Of a stretch of DNA of 64,000 nt, positions 19,193-29,942 are shown in pieces. Below the pieces are notes generated by a model, which saw nothing but the letters and a program-made list of their open reading frames with translations, was not told where the DNA came from and made no database searches. The stretch lies in IMG/VR virus record IMGVR_UViG_3300028048_003124. One strand, 5' to 3'. Numbering within the stretch: the first letter of the stretch is position 1; every line of letters starts with the position of its first letter. This stretch comes from a virus (Duplodnaviria; Caudoviricetes). Both the position numbers and the translations under genes were made by a program.

Positions 19193-22100
19193 ATGAAAAC
19201 TAAGTTGTTTAAGGTTGTAGCCGTGGTAATGGCGGTTATGGTTTTGGTAAGCACGATGGTCTTTACGGCTGGAGCCGCAGAGGTTATCGAAATGAGCACC
19301 GAGGGTGGCGTTCTCGCCATGGTTTTCGCTGATCGCAAAATTAAGACTCCCACAAGAGAGTATATGTATGGCGATGCTGACAGTGACTGGTGTGTAAGCA
19401 TTATGGATACAAGTCGCATCCAGAAGTTTCTCGTAGATGCTACAAAAACGATGGACACTGTAGCAGCTGATATTGACGACGATGGTGAGATCACTATCTG
19501 TGATGCAACGGGTATTCAGAGATGGTTGGTAAACGAGAAGTTTTTCAACAATTATAAGATCGGTGACTATTTCGTATCTGATTTAGATGCCGATGGAAAT
19601 GCTCTTGTTTCGGATTCCGAGTTCGTAGAGGGTGCTGAACCTGTTCACGTAGAGTCTGCGGAAGGCGATACGCTGCAGGGCGAGGGTGTAGATGTTACAG
19701 AACCTACAGTTGCAGAGAGCCATCCTACTGTTGGGGATATCGTAGAGGATGCTGATGGTGTAGAGGTTACCTCTGACTCCGAGGCTGAACCTAAGCTTGA
19801 AATCCTGACTATGGATGCTAAGAAGCCTTTAGCTTCTTACAATGGAACTTCGGTAACTGCTAACAATGTTAGTAACGACTCTATCCCTCGAATTACTGGT
19901 TTCGATAGCAAGGACGAGGGTGTCAAGATTTCTTATTCTAAGGTATCTGGCGTAAACCGTTATGCAGTATATTATAAGAATAGAAACGGTAACTGGGTAC
20001 GCATGGGTACTTCCACTAACGGGGTATTTATTGATACAGATGTTAGTAGCGGTAGTCGTTATCTCTACACTGTAAGAGGTCTGAGCGATGATGCTAAGAG
20101 TTTCAGAACTGACTTCTACAGAGACGGTTGGTATTACACTTATAATATGGAGTCCCCTGAGGTTACTGATATTAGCAGTGTAAAGGACGGAGTTAAGATC
20201 TATTGGAAGGAAGTTCCTAACGCAGAGCGCTACAGAGTTTACTACAGAGGTAGTAAGGGTTGGACTTGCATGGGTTCAACTACAGGTACTAGCTTCGTTG
20301 ATACAGATGTAAGATACGGTAGCACCTACACTTATACTGTAAGATGCGTTAACTACAAAAACAATCGCTTCACAAGTAGTTTTAACGGAAGCGGTTGGAA
20401 GCACACCTATTATCTCAACACTCCTGTTGGTTTTGATTACGATTGCTATAACGGCGGCATTAATCTTACTTGGTCTAAGGTAGACGGCGCAGCTAAGTAC
20501 CGTGTATTCTACTACGGCAGAAATGGTTGGACCCGTATGGCTGATGTTACTGGCACATCTTATACTGACTGGGATGTTAGAGAGGGAGGCTCCTACACTT
20601 ACGTTGTAAGATGTATCAGTGCTGATGGATCTCGCTACACCAGTGATTTTAAGTCTGGTGGTTGGAGGGCTACCCTGCTGAATACTCCGAGTGGAGTTTC
20701 CATTAAGAGTACCGAGGACGGCAACGAGATTACTTGGAAGCCTGTTGACGGGGCTAATGCCTACAGGGTATTCTACAAAAATGGAGATTCTTGGAAGGGT
20801 ATTACGAATGTAACTGGTACTAAGTTCGTGGATACGGATGTAGAGTATGGTAAGTCTAAGACTTATACAGTAAGATGTGTAACCCCTAGCGGTATGTACT
20901 GGAGAAGTGGTTACAACACAAGCGGTTGGTCTAAGGTACACGATTATACTGCTCCCCTTACTCCTAAGCCTACAGATGTAGATCTTGCAGATATTGGTGA
21001 AAATGAAACTGAGGCTCCGACAGTGGTAGCTACGGAGGCTCCGACAGTTGCTCCCACAGTTGCTCCTACAGTTGCGCCGACAGTTGCTCCGACTGAGGCA
21101 CCTACAGAGAAGCCGACAGAGGTAGTTGTAGATGCTCCTAAGAGTGTATCAGTAACTGAGGGTTCAAGTGGTAAAAAGGAGTATGCAGAGGTAGTTAAGT
21201 ACGGTTACTGTACTAACCTTATGAATTCTGGAGCATGGATTAATGCAGGGGATACGCCAACTTCTTTCTGGAAGTCCCAGGTGGAGAACGACCAATGGGT
21301 AAGCACTCGTCTTGAGCAGCTCGGTAATGGCAAGGTAAGATTTTACTTTGATCCTGTTGCAAAGGACAAGGTTACAAGTATTATTACTGTAGTAAGATGG
21401 GGTGAAGGCGACAAAGATTTCTCCAGAGTAGATGCTACAGGTGATGCCCTCAAGTTAGGTTACTGTGACCACCAGCTTCCTGTTGTTTCTACCACAAACC
21501 CCTCTATCAAGGTATCTTGGGGCAAGTCCTCTAATGCTGATGGTTACGAAGTAAGAGCTCTTGATGTTAAGGGCAATGCAGTATCTTCCGTAGTTCGTAC
21601 AGGCAGCACCTCTGCGACTGTTACCTTAAATACTGCTGATGCAGGCTCTTACAGTGTAGAGGTCAAGGCGGTAAAGGGTAACAAGTCGGCAACGGCAAAG
21701 GGTACGTTCTCGCTCAACACGGAGTTTATCACCGAAACCGAGGGTTCGACTATCAAGGTTCCTGTTATCTTCCGCAATACCAGATTCGTATGCAACAAGT
21801 GTGGTCGTGAGGTAGGTGCCAAGGTAAAGGATCACATTAGTCCGATCGACAGTACAGAGCTTAGAGAGAAATATGCAGACAGCCTGTACACTTACAAGTA
21901 CAAGCCGACCGCAGGTAGGGACAATGCTTGGGTAGCGGCTTGGGCAGGCACTCCTGATGTTACGCTGACTGCTGGATACTTTGATCTTGGAGACTATTAT
22001 TATCACCCCCTCTCTTCCAGTGATCCCGATTATACTATTAATTACGTTGCAGATGATAGTCTCGAGAGACCTGCATCTATGGCGACTAAGTTTAGTTTAG

Positions 22101-22309
22101 CAGAATTTGAGGAAAAAATCAATAATTGCGGTAACCAAACTTATATCAATCTTGGAACAGATTTTTGGTTAAATGATACAATGTCAACTTTCCACAGGGA
22201 TATTGAGGGCTGTTCCTCAGCCTATCATTCCGAGGACTGTATTTCAATCTCTGGCTTACAGGAAATCGTGATCCCTGCAACTGGCTACACGAAGGTATCA
22301 GTAGGCTAA
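19193..22309 (+). CDS. secreted dockerin + fibronectin type III repeat protein with TVAP/TEAP linker
   Basis: Signal peptide; GDADSD...D...IQ and AADIDDDGEITICDATGIQ dockerin repeats; four W...Y.VYY...YTVR FN3-like repeats; true start 19193 after GAAAGG. Confidence 0.85.
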   Translation: MKTKLFKVVAVVMAVMVLVSTMVFTAGAAEVIEMSTEGGVLAMVFADRKIKTPTREYMYGDADSDWCVSIMDTSRIQKFLVDATKTMDTVAADIDDDGEITICDATGIQRWLVNEKFFNNYKIGDYFVSDLDADGNALVSDSEFVEGAEPVHVESAEGDTLQGEGVDVTEPTVAESHPTVGDIVEDADGVEVTSDSEAEPKLEILTMDAKKPLASYNGTSVTANNVSNDSIPRITGFDSKDEGVKISYSKVSGVNRYAVYYKNRNGNWVRMGTSTNGVFIDTDVSSGSRYLYTVRGLSDDAKSFRTDFYRDGWYYTYNMESPEVTDISSVKDGVKIYWKEVPNAERYRVYYRGSKGWTCMGSTTGTSFVDTDVRYGSTYTYTVRCVNYKNNRFTSSFNGSGWKHTYYLNTPVGFDYDCYNGGINLTWSKVDGAAKYRVFYYGRNGWTRMADVTGTSYTDWDVREGGSYTYVVRCISADGSRYTSDFKSGGWRATLLNTPSGVSIKSTEDGNEITWKPVDGANAYRVFYKNGDSWKGITNVTGTKFVDTDVEYGKSKTYTVRCVTPSGMYWRSGYNTSGWSKVHDYTAPLTPKPTDVDLADIGENETEAPTVVATEAPTVAPTVAPTVAPTVAPTEAPTEKPTEVVVDAPKSVSVTEGSSGKKEYAEVVKYGYCTNLMNSGAWINAGDTPTSFWKSQVENDQWVSTRLEQLGNGKVRFYFDPVAKDKVTSIITVVRWGEGDKDFSRVDATGDALKLGYCDHQLPVVSTTNPSIKVSWGKSSNADGYEVRALDVKGNAVSSVVRTGSTSATVTLNTADAGSYSVEVKAVKGNKSATAKGTFSLNTEFITETEGSTIKVPVIFRNTRFVCNKCGREVGAKVKDHISPIDSTELREKYADSLYTYKYKPTAGRDNAWVAAWAGTPDVTLTAGYFDLGDYYYHPLSSSDPDYTINYVADDSLERPASMATKFSLAEFEEKINNCGNQTYINLGTDFWLNDTMSTFHRDIEGCSSAYHSEDCISISGLQEIVIPATGYTKVSVG

Positions 22310-22336
22310 CGGTAAAACTGTATAAAGCAAATATTC

Positions 22337-22374
22337 AGATGGGTAGTTCCGATATGGGGCTACCCATTTCTTTC
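22337..22374 (+). terminator. intrinsic terminator
   Basis: atgggtagttcc / ggggctacccat plus T-rich tail. Confidence 0.8.
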
Positions 22375-22799
22375 GTTTAATTTCAGATTTATAAGAAAAG
22401 TATTCACAGATAGGTTAGAAACTGTTACAGAGTATACGTCATACTTCGCCAAATTTTCGTTCTGCTGTATGATATTTTCAGACGTATTGCAGTATTAATT
22501 TTTGTTTAACGTGCAATAGGTGGTTAATATATGTTAATATAGTAGGTTTCTGCGTATATTCGTATATCTTCGTTATGTTATTTTATGTATGTTAAGTCAG
22601 AGCGGAGAACTACAATGTTGTTAAGTTATATAGATTTGTTAGTATGGCGTTAGTAAATATGGATAGAGTACTGATTATCTATAAGGATTGTAAATATATC
22701 TATATGTATATTTTTTAATAGGTTTTATGATTGCACTAATCGATATGCTAATCTTGCTATAAGATTGCGGAGTATAAATATTATTTATAGAAAGGTAGG

Positions 22800-24920
22800 A
22801 TGTTTATGTCAATTAAACAAACAAACCCTCACGAGGGTAATAAGAGGTCAGGTTTTGTAAGGTTAGTAGGTATCATACTAACTATCGCAATGCTGATAGG
22901 AATAATCAGTTCTGTAGGAGTAATAACGGGTATTGCAGCTACGACTGAGACTTTTACCGATGAGAATGGTATCTCTTGGACTGTAACAGAGTGTTATCCA
23001 GGGTGGGCTATAAAACCGAAAAACAATTCTGGACTAAGTGGGTCTATAGATATTCCTACATCGTATAAAGGAAAAGTTATTTTAGTAATAGATTCTTCAG
23101 CTTTTTATAGCAATAAAAATATAACTTCAGTTAATATTCCCAACTCCATTGTGTCTGTTGGCTCATCTGCTTTCGAGCGTTGTTCGAATTTGCAAAGTGT
23201 TCATTTGCCAGACAACCTGAATCATCTAGGTTCATGGTGTTTTTCAGAATGTTCACGTTTGTCAGATATTAATTTTAATGATTTTAAAGGAAATCGTATT
23301 AGCACTGCAGTTTTTTATGGTTGTTCTTCTTTGGCAAGCATTGAGATTCCACCTTCCGTTGAAGAATTAAATTCTATATGTTTTCAACGAAGCGGAATTA
23401 TAGAAATAGACATACCAGCAACTGTAAAGGTATTAGGTGGAGGGGCATTTCAAGAATGTTCAAAATTAGAAAGAGTGACTATGCATGAGGGTTTAGAGAG
23501 AGTTGAAAATGGACCTTTTACTGCGTGTCCTAAGTTGAAATCACTTGATTATCCATCTTCTGCGACTGTGGTATCTTACGCAACAGAGAGCCCTATGACA
23601 ACATGGGAGATAACAGAGAACGGAATAACATGGGTACTTTCTTTATATAATAATAAATTAGGGATTAAACCAAAAGATAAATCTCAAGTAAAAGGTGATG
23701 TAATAATGCCTTGGATTTATCCAGCTGTTTATATAGACTATATAGAACCAAGTGCCTTTGAGGGGTGTTCAGAGTTGAGGTCTATTAGACTGCCGTCTTT
23801 TTGTAAACATATTGGAAGTAGGGCATTTGCTAACACATCTCTAGAAGAGGTGTATATACCAGATACTGTATCTCAAATAGATGATTCTGCTTTTTGTTGG
23901 AATAGTAATTTAAAAAGTATTACTTTACCAAGCAGTTTAGAAAAAACGCCAGGTGGTATGTGTACAAATTGCAGTTCTTTAGAGACAATCGAGTTCAATG
24001 ATAATTTAAAAGAAATTGGATTTAATTCTTTTGCTTATTGTAGAAATCTTAATAATGTAGAGTTTCCATCAAGTCTAGTTAAGATAGGAGAAAATGCTTT
24101 CGAAAGCTGTTATTCATATAAGGATATTACGATACCTAATTCTGTAAAATGTGTCAATCAATATGCTTTTTCTAATATAGGAGAAATTAACAGTTTATCT
24201 GTAGATGTTGATAGTTTGTCTTATATAAATGGCTTTGCTTTTTACAAAGATACTATAGATAAGCTTGTCTTAGGCGATAATGTAAAAAATATAGACACCC
24301 CTCTTTTTTCTGGAAATAGTGATTTAGAGTATCTAACCTTAGGGAAAGATGTAGGCATTAATAATGATTTTGCATTTCTTGGTGATACAAAACTGACAAT
24401 AAAGACTTATAAAGAAAATCTTAGTGTTAGAGGTTATACTGCAGATAATAGAATACCTGTTGTATTATTAAACAAGCATGTTGCAACTTTTTCAGGTGAT
24501 AGTGCTGAGTCGGAGGTTATTTTAGACACAGACACCCCCAACTTAAGAGTAATTGTACCCTCGGTACTCCCCATATCCGTAGACTCTGATAACAATGTAA
24601 CAGTTGCGGATAATGCTCAAATCAATAATATGTGTAGAGGTCAGATAGACATTACGTCAGCTGAGTTAAACACATCTACTTGGTCACTAGTTGATTTCAA
24701 TACAGATTTTAAAACTGTGCCCGTAGATACCAAGCAGTATGGTTTTAAACTGTACAACGACGACGCATCAGATGGTATTGATGCTAATATCTTTAGTACT
24801 ATAAACGGTGGAGAGAGCTTACTGCTGTCGTATGATGGTAATGTTGCCATACAATCAGAGGCAAAAACAGCTGAAGAGATAGGCAACATTGTGTTTACCG
24901 TTGCTTGGCACAAAGGGTAA
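22800..24920 (+). CDS. BspA-type leucine-rich repeat surface protein with C-terminal shared FTxAW domain
   Basis: Signal peptide, many IPxSVxxIGxxAFxxCxxL repeats, C-terminal domain shared with 35581/36228/38411. Confidence 0.9.
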   Translation: MFMSIKQTNPHEGNKRSGFVRLVGIILTIAMLIGIISSVGVITGIAATTETFTDENGISWTVTECYPGWAIKPKNNSGLSGSIDIPTSYKGKVILVIDSSAFYSNKNITSVNIPNSIVSVGSSAFERCSNLQSVHLPDNLNHLGSWCFSECSRLSDINFNDFKGNRISTAVFYGCSSLASIEIPPSVEELNSICFQRSGIIEIDIPATVKVLGGGAFQECSKLERVTMHEGLERVENGPFTACPKLKSLDYPSSATVVSYATESPMTTWEITENGITWVLSLYNNKLGIKPKDKSQVKGDVIMPWIYPAVYIDYIEPSAFEGCSELRSIRLPSFCKHIGSRAFANTSLEEVYIPDTVSQIDDSAFCWNSNLKSITLPSSLEKTPGGMCTNCSSLETIEFNDNLKEIGFNSFAYCRNLNNVEFPSSLVKIGENAFESCYSYKDITIPNSVKCVNQYAFSNIGEINSLSVDVDSLSYINGFAFYKDTIDKLVLGDNVKNIDTPLFSGNSDLEYLTLGKDVGINNDFAFLGDTKLTIKTYKENLSVRGYTADNRIPVVLLNKHVATFSGDSAESEVILDTDTPNLRVIVPSVLPISVDSDNNVTVADNAQINNMCRGQIDITSAELNTSTWSLVDFNTDFKTVPVDTKQYGFKLYNDDASDGIDANIFSTINGGESLLLSYDGNVAIQSEAKTAEEIGNIVFTVAWHKG

Positions 24921-25050
24921 TATAATAAGGTATCTGTATATTTATAAAATAGGTTAGTTATCTTTTATATAAGTAGGTTGTTAACTACCCCTTAAATACT
25001 TCTCACAGTGGGTATTTAATTATAAATATCTTTATAAGGAGAAAGCTTTT

Positions 25051-25569
25051 ATGAAACGATTAGTAAGCATTTTATTAGCAATTGTTGTAATTGCAGGGTG
25101 TATATCTTTGGTAGCTTGCGGTAAGGCTAATAAAGATGTTGAAACGCAGGCTCCAACAGAGAAGGAGACTATTGCTTTAGAGCCCAGTACAGAGGTAGTA
25201 GTTTCCCAGACTGAAGCAAAGTCACTTGCTGGTAAGAAGTTCAAAGATGTAGAGGAGTATTTAGCTGATCCAACTGTTAAAGAGCAGCTTGATAAGACAG
25301 TTTCGTCCCTTTCATCTTCTAACATTGACGCAGAGGTTTATGCTGAAGACTCTGATACGTTGGTGTTTAAGTACACATATAAAAACTCATATACTGAAGA
25401 ACAGTTAGCTAAGGTAAAAGATGCAGTATCTTCTTCAATGGGTACTTTAGACTCATTGATGAAGATGTCGAAAGACGAGTTAATCACATATACTGATGTC
25501 AAGGATCCTAAAGTCAAGGTTGAATTTTACACAAACGATGGTAAGCTTATCTTAGACCAGACTTGGTAA
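25051..25569 (+). CDS. lipoprotein (DUF4854-like)
   Basis: Lipobox LVAC; TLVFKYTY...VEFYTNDGKLI. Confidence 0.7.
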   Translation: MKRLVSILLAIVVIAGCISLVACGKANKDVETQAPTEKETIALEPSTEVVVSQTEAKSLAGKKFKDVEEYLADPTVKEQLDKTVSSLSSSNIDAEVYAEDSDTLVFKYTYKNSYTEEQLAKVKDAVSSSMGTLDSLMKMSKDELITYTDVKDPKVKVEFYTNDGKLILDQTW

Positions 25570-25777
25570 AATCCTTGGTAATAAGTTTATTTTACTGTGG
25601 TATTACATATTACAAGTTTATGAATGAGTGTTGGTTTATTCTATAATTAAACGCTTTAAAATACTTGTAGATAGCTTTATCCAACAAACCAATTTTTCAA
25701 TAATTTTGATGAAATTTTTGTAGTTGGCTTGTAGATTAAGTTGTTGTAGTTGAAAAGCAAAAAAACGGGGTATCTGT

Positions 25778-26008
25778 ATGGGCAAGAGTACTAATAAGAA
25801 GAACAAATCTCAAAAGGCTAAAAACAATTGGGTAGATATGACAAAATCTGGCTCTAGGAAGCCTACTTGTGGTAAGTCTTTGGAGGTGCGCTTATATAAC
25901 GGGGTTATATTGCATGCTAAATACTGGAAAACAGTAGGGTATGTAATGACAAGTCCAGAAATAAGGCGCATATCTTGGTGGGATGTTTCTGCTTGGAGGT
26001 ATTGTTAA
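25778..26008 (+). CDS. small basic hypothetical protein
   Basis: ORF ending V.AW, phage-like small protein. Confidence 0.55.
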   Translation: MGKSTNKKNKSQKAKNNWVDMTKSGSRKPTCGKSLEVRLYNGVILHAKYWKTVGYVMTSPEIRRISWWDVSAWRYC

Positions 26009-26390
26009 TAGGTGAAGAATTTTAAAAGAGTTATTAAAACCAGTAAGTATTTCAAAGGTTTAATTTGTAATATATTGGTTTCTATACTACTAACTACAAT
26101 ATTTGTATTATTGTTTATACTGATATCAAGGTAATAAAAGAGTGGTGTTTTAGTTGCAATAGTTAAAACACCATTCTTTTAATATGTGTATTTTTGTTAA
26201 ATTTATACAATATATACTTAATTGTAATCTATTTTTGTGACTTGTATGCAAATATTTATGATTGATATAAATACTCGTAGGTTTAGCTCTTTACGGAGTT
26301 AATCATTATAGGCTGTTAAGTGTGTTTGTGGTTTGGTGGAGTACTATTAAACATTCTTAACTACATTCTTTGTTAGAAAGGAAGTAGATT

Positions 26391-29300
26391 ATGACAAAGA
26401 TTTTTAATCGGTCAGTAGCCATAGTCTTATCTCTGCTTGTGTTAATTAGTCTGTTTGCGGTAGCCATTCCCGTACTGGCAGGCTCTGTTAATGATCCTGT
26501 GGATGATTGCATTGACTACTCTAGTTCTGGAAGAGTTTCTATTACTGCTAATCAGGATACTATATGGTTTGGTCAGCATGGTGATGGTTCTTGGATGTGG
26601 TTTCTTAACGGAAATCCAGGTGCTTGTATGTCGCCTGATAAAAAATCTCGTATAACAACTGGAACTTTTACAAAGTATTATCTAAAGAATGATTCAAATT
26701 TAGCAAAGGCTTTCTTCTATTTACTACCACCTCTTGATGCTGATGGCGATGAGATTGGATATGATGCCGCTAAGGCTAAGTCAACTTCTGGTTTTTATCT
26801 ACCTGTGGAAGATAGACAGATAATGAACAACGCCCATTTCACTCATTATAACTTAGAGACTGCTAGTACATGGTGGGACGCTTATGAAGGTGGTGGCAGA
26901 CCTTCTTATTGGAGAATTCTTGGTGCGGCTTCTGAGAGAATCGGTGGCGATGGTGAAGACTCTCACGAGTTGTATGCTCTTGCTCACTTCCTGCTTGGTA
27001 GAATAGCATCTGGAGAGACTTTGGGAAAGACCTATACGGAGACAGATTATGTACTAGAGGACCTTATTGAGGTTGTTGATATGCTACCAGATGTGCCAGA
27101 GTACGCAAAGGTATTCTACATTGATGGAAACCAGGGCACTGGCGAATCAGGGTGGTACCAGAGCTTTATGAGTGCTGAGCCGAGATATTATTTTACGGTA
27201 CAGAAATCATCTGCAATACCAGAAGTATCAAAAGGCAATAAGGCGTACAGCACAAAGGGTATTCGTTATTCTGTATCAACAAGCAAATCAGATTTTGACC
27301 CTGATGGTAACAATTACATTGGTTACATTGAGCTAGATAAGAATGGCTTTGGTCATTCAATTGAGGGTAGTAGACCTACTTTAAGTAAGAACTTATCACC
27401 TGGTACTTATTACTTAAAAGAGTCTGTAATACCAGAAGATTGTAATTATGAGATGAGCGATACTGTTTATACTGTGAAGCTAAACAGTAGTCATACTTAT
27501 AATCAACCGTTAGAGATTTCAGTTACTGATGAACCCAAGCTCTGTTATTTTGATATTCAGAAGGAATCTGCAAATCCTGAAATCTCAGATGCAGATAAAG
27601 ATAAGTATTCAATGGAAGGTATTGAGTACTATGTTTCTAAATCAAACACAGACTTTGATCCAAACGGTACTAACTATATTGGTATGATCAAGCTAGATAA
27701 GAATGGCTATGGTCATTCCAAAAAGGGTAGTCGTACTTTGAACGAGTTGGGCGCAGGAACATATTATGTACAAGAAGGTTATATCCCGCCGTCAAGAGCT
27801 CTATATTGGGAGAGGAGCACAGAAGTATATACAATAACTGTAAATACCTCTAATACGGTAAACCAGCCGTTACATCTTAATGTAACTGAGGTACCAAAGG
27901 TACGTTCCGCAAGCCTACAGATTATCAAGAAGTCTGACAACGAGACATTTACAACGGATAATGCTTGCTATTCGTTAAAGGGTGCTGAGTTTAAGGTTTA
28001 CGAGGTCAAGACTGATGATTTTGGTAAAGAAATACCAAATTATGAAAAGCAGGTAGGAACAACTTATGTAACCAATGATAGTGGTTCGATAGAGATTCCT
28101 AGTGGTGTTCTTGAGGTAGGTAAAAAGTACGCTATTGAGGAGAAAAAAGCTCCTAAGGGTTTTGATTTGTACACGGATAAAAACGGTAATCATTATATTA
28201 TCAGTGACACTCTTACGACAGAAGGTTGCACTGTAACTTTCGAAGAGCCATGCAAGGGAGACCCTGCTACTGTTAAGGTAATTAAGAAGGGTTCAAATAA
28301 TAAAGAAATTCCAGGTGTTATCTTTACTGTAACCCACTTCTCTGATCCTACAATTACTACAAAAGAGCAGGCTGAAGCAGCTAAGAACACAATTACTCGT
28401 TCTTGGGATTTCGTAACCAAAGGTAACGGATCTTTTTCTTATTCAGAAGAATACTTATACGAAGGGTATACAAGTAAATACCCCGATTACATTCAGGGTA
28501 ATGATTCAGAGCATGGTTTGTACTATATGACACAAATCGTTGACGGGGTAGAGAAAACGTCAACAGCCTTTCCTCTCGGTACAGTAATGATTCAGGAAAA
28601 GTGGGCACCTGAACGTTATGATCTTGACTTTGAACCTAAGTTCATTAACATCACTGAAGATTATGTTGAAGGTGAACCAGTACCATTTGAGGTAACTGTT
28701 GTAGACCCAGAAAACAAAAAGACCGTTGTTGAAGCCAGAAAGATTTGGAGCGACGACGGTGATCGTGAGGGTGTAAGACCGAATAAACTTACTGTTACTC
28801 TGTATAGAGATGGTGAGATTTATGAGGATGTCCCAGGTGGCGCAGTCCAGGAGTTGAACGATGGAAACAATTGGACGTACTCTTGGGGAGAACTTTACGA
28901 AGAAGAAAATATCTACGATGAGAATAAGGTATATCTCCGCAAGGAGACTCACAAATACGAAGTAGTTGAGGAAGAGGTAGAAGGCTACTATCTAACTAGA
29001 ACTGCGAAGCGCCAGATAGAAGGCGGTCATAGGTGGGTATTCTACAACAAGCACGATATTGCCTACAAGCCTTTAGTAATAAACAAGGTTTGGGATAACA
29101 ACAATGATGCTTCTGGCTTACAGCCTGATGAGGTAAAGGTCAAGGTATTCCGTATTAGCGATTCTGGTGAAGAGCTTTTAACTAAGGATGATAAGCATAA
29201 TGCAGTTGGCGACAACGGTATTATCACTCTATCCAAGAATACTGAAACACCTTATCAGTTTGTCATCAAAGATCTTTACAAGTACTACGGTGGCGGTAAG

Positions 29301-29936
29301 GAGTATTCTTACAGAGTAGAAGAGGTTGACGTACCTGACTACTTTGATGTTAATATCTCTTACGGAACTGTTCCTGTGAAGGTCGCTGATGGCGTAGGTG
29401 GTATGCCTGATACTTATGCTGATGCTGTAAAGACTACCATTAAAAACACAGAGAAAACTGGTGCAGCTACCTTGCTAAAGGTTAATTCCTCAGATGAGCC
29501 TCTACCGCAGGTTGGCTTCAAACTATACAGAGTTGAAGGTAATACTGCAAAGTCGGTATCTATTGTAAAGAACGACACAATTGGTAAGTTTGAGTTTACT
29601 GGTTTTGGTGCGTATGATAGTGCTGAGGAAGTATTCACTGGCGATGACGGTAAGGTTTCATTCGATAAACTTCCCTTTGGCGATTACTTCTTACTAGAAA
29701 CGACTACAGCAAACGGGTACATTCCTTTTGAAGATAGAATTGAGTTCTCTATCTCCCCAGATGATCCCGATTTCGAGAACGTTTCTGTTGGTATAGTAAA
29801 CTCTAAGTCTATTCTACCAGAGACTGGTGGCATGGGCAACTACATTTTCTATGGTATCGGTGCATTAGCTCTTATTGGAGTTATTGTGTTAGTAATTGTA
29901 TATATCAAGAAAAAGAATTTCAGAAAGGAGAAATAA
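26391..29936 (+). CDS. pilus tip/ancillary adhesin (SpaA/CnaB domains, LPETG anchor)
   Basis: Signal peptide, GTYYLKE/EKKAPKGF E-boxes, KIWSDD/KVWDNN CnaB repeats, LPETGG + TM + basic tail. Confidence 0.9.
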   Translation: MTKIFNRSVAIVLSLLVLISLFAVAIPVLAGSVNDPVDDCIDYSSSGRVSITANQDTIWFGQHGDGSWMWFLNGNPGACMSPDKKSRITTGTFTKYYLKNDSNLAKAFFYLLPPLDADGDEIGYDAAKAKSTSGFYLPVEDRQIMNNAHFTHYNLETASTWWDAYEGGGRPSYWRILGAASERIGGDGEDSHELYALAHFLLGRIASGETLGKTYTETDYVLEDLIEVVDMLPDVPEYAKVFYIDGNQGTGESGWYQSFMSAEPRYYFTVQKSSAIPEVSKGNKAYSTKGIRYSVSTSKSDFDPDGNNYIGYIELDKNGFGHSIEGSRPTLSKNLSPGTYYLKESVIPEDCNYEMSDTVYTVKLNSSHTYNQPLEISVTDEPKLCYFDIQKESANPEISDADKDKYSMEGIEYYVSKSNTDFDPNGTNYIGMIKLDKNGYGHSKKGSRTLNELGAGTYYVQEGYIPPSRALYWERSTEVYTITVNTSNTVNQPLHLNVTEVPKVRSASLQIIKKSDNETFTTDNACYSLKGAEFKVYEVKTDDFGKEIPNYEKQVGTTYVTNDSGSIEIPSGVLEVGKKYAIEEKKAPKGFDLYTDKNGNHYIISDTLTTEGCTVTFEEPCKGDPATVKVIKKGSNNKEIPGVIFTVTHFSDPTITTKEQAEAAKNTITRSWDFVTKGNGSFSYSEEYLYEGYTSKYPDYIQGNDSEHGLYYMTQIVDGVEKTSTAFPLGTVMIQEKWAPERYDLDFEPKFINITEDYVEGEPVPFEVTVVDPENKKTVVEARKIWSDDGDREGVRPNKLTVTLYRDGEIYEDVPGGAVQELNDGNNWTYSWGELYEEENIYDENKVYLRKETHKYEVVEEEVEGYYLTRTAKRQIEGGHRWVFYNKHDIAYKPLVINKVWDNNNDASGLQPDEVKVKVFRISDSGEELLTKDDKHNAVGDNGIITLSKNTETPYQFVIKDLYKYYGGGKEYSYRVEEVDVPDYFDVNISYGTVPVKVADGVGGMPDTYADAVKTTIKNTEKTGAATLLKVNSSDEPLPQVGFKLYRVEGNTAKSVSIVKNDTIGKFEFTGFGAYDSAEEVFTGDDGKVSFDKLPFGDYFLLETTTANGYIPFEDRIEFSISPDDPDFENVSVGIVNSKSILPETGGMGNYIFYGIGALALIGVIVLVIVYIKKKNFRKEK

Positions 29937-29942
29937 GTCTTT

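Noticed and set aside
21007-21122. TVAP/TEAP repeats (also 45740-45835) as a DNA-level repeat element
   Set aside because: They are ordinary Pro/Thr-rich protein linkers with synonymous variation.
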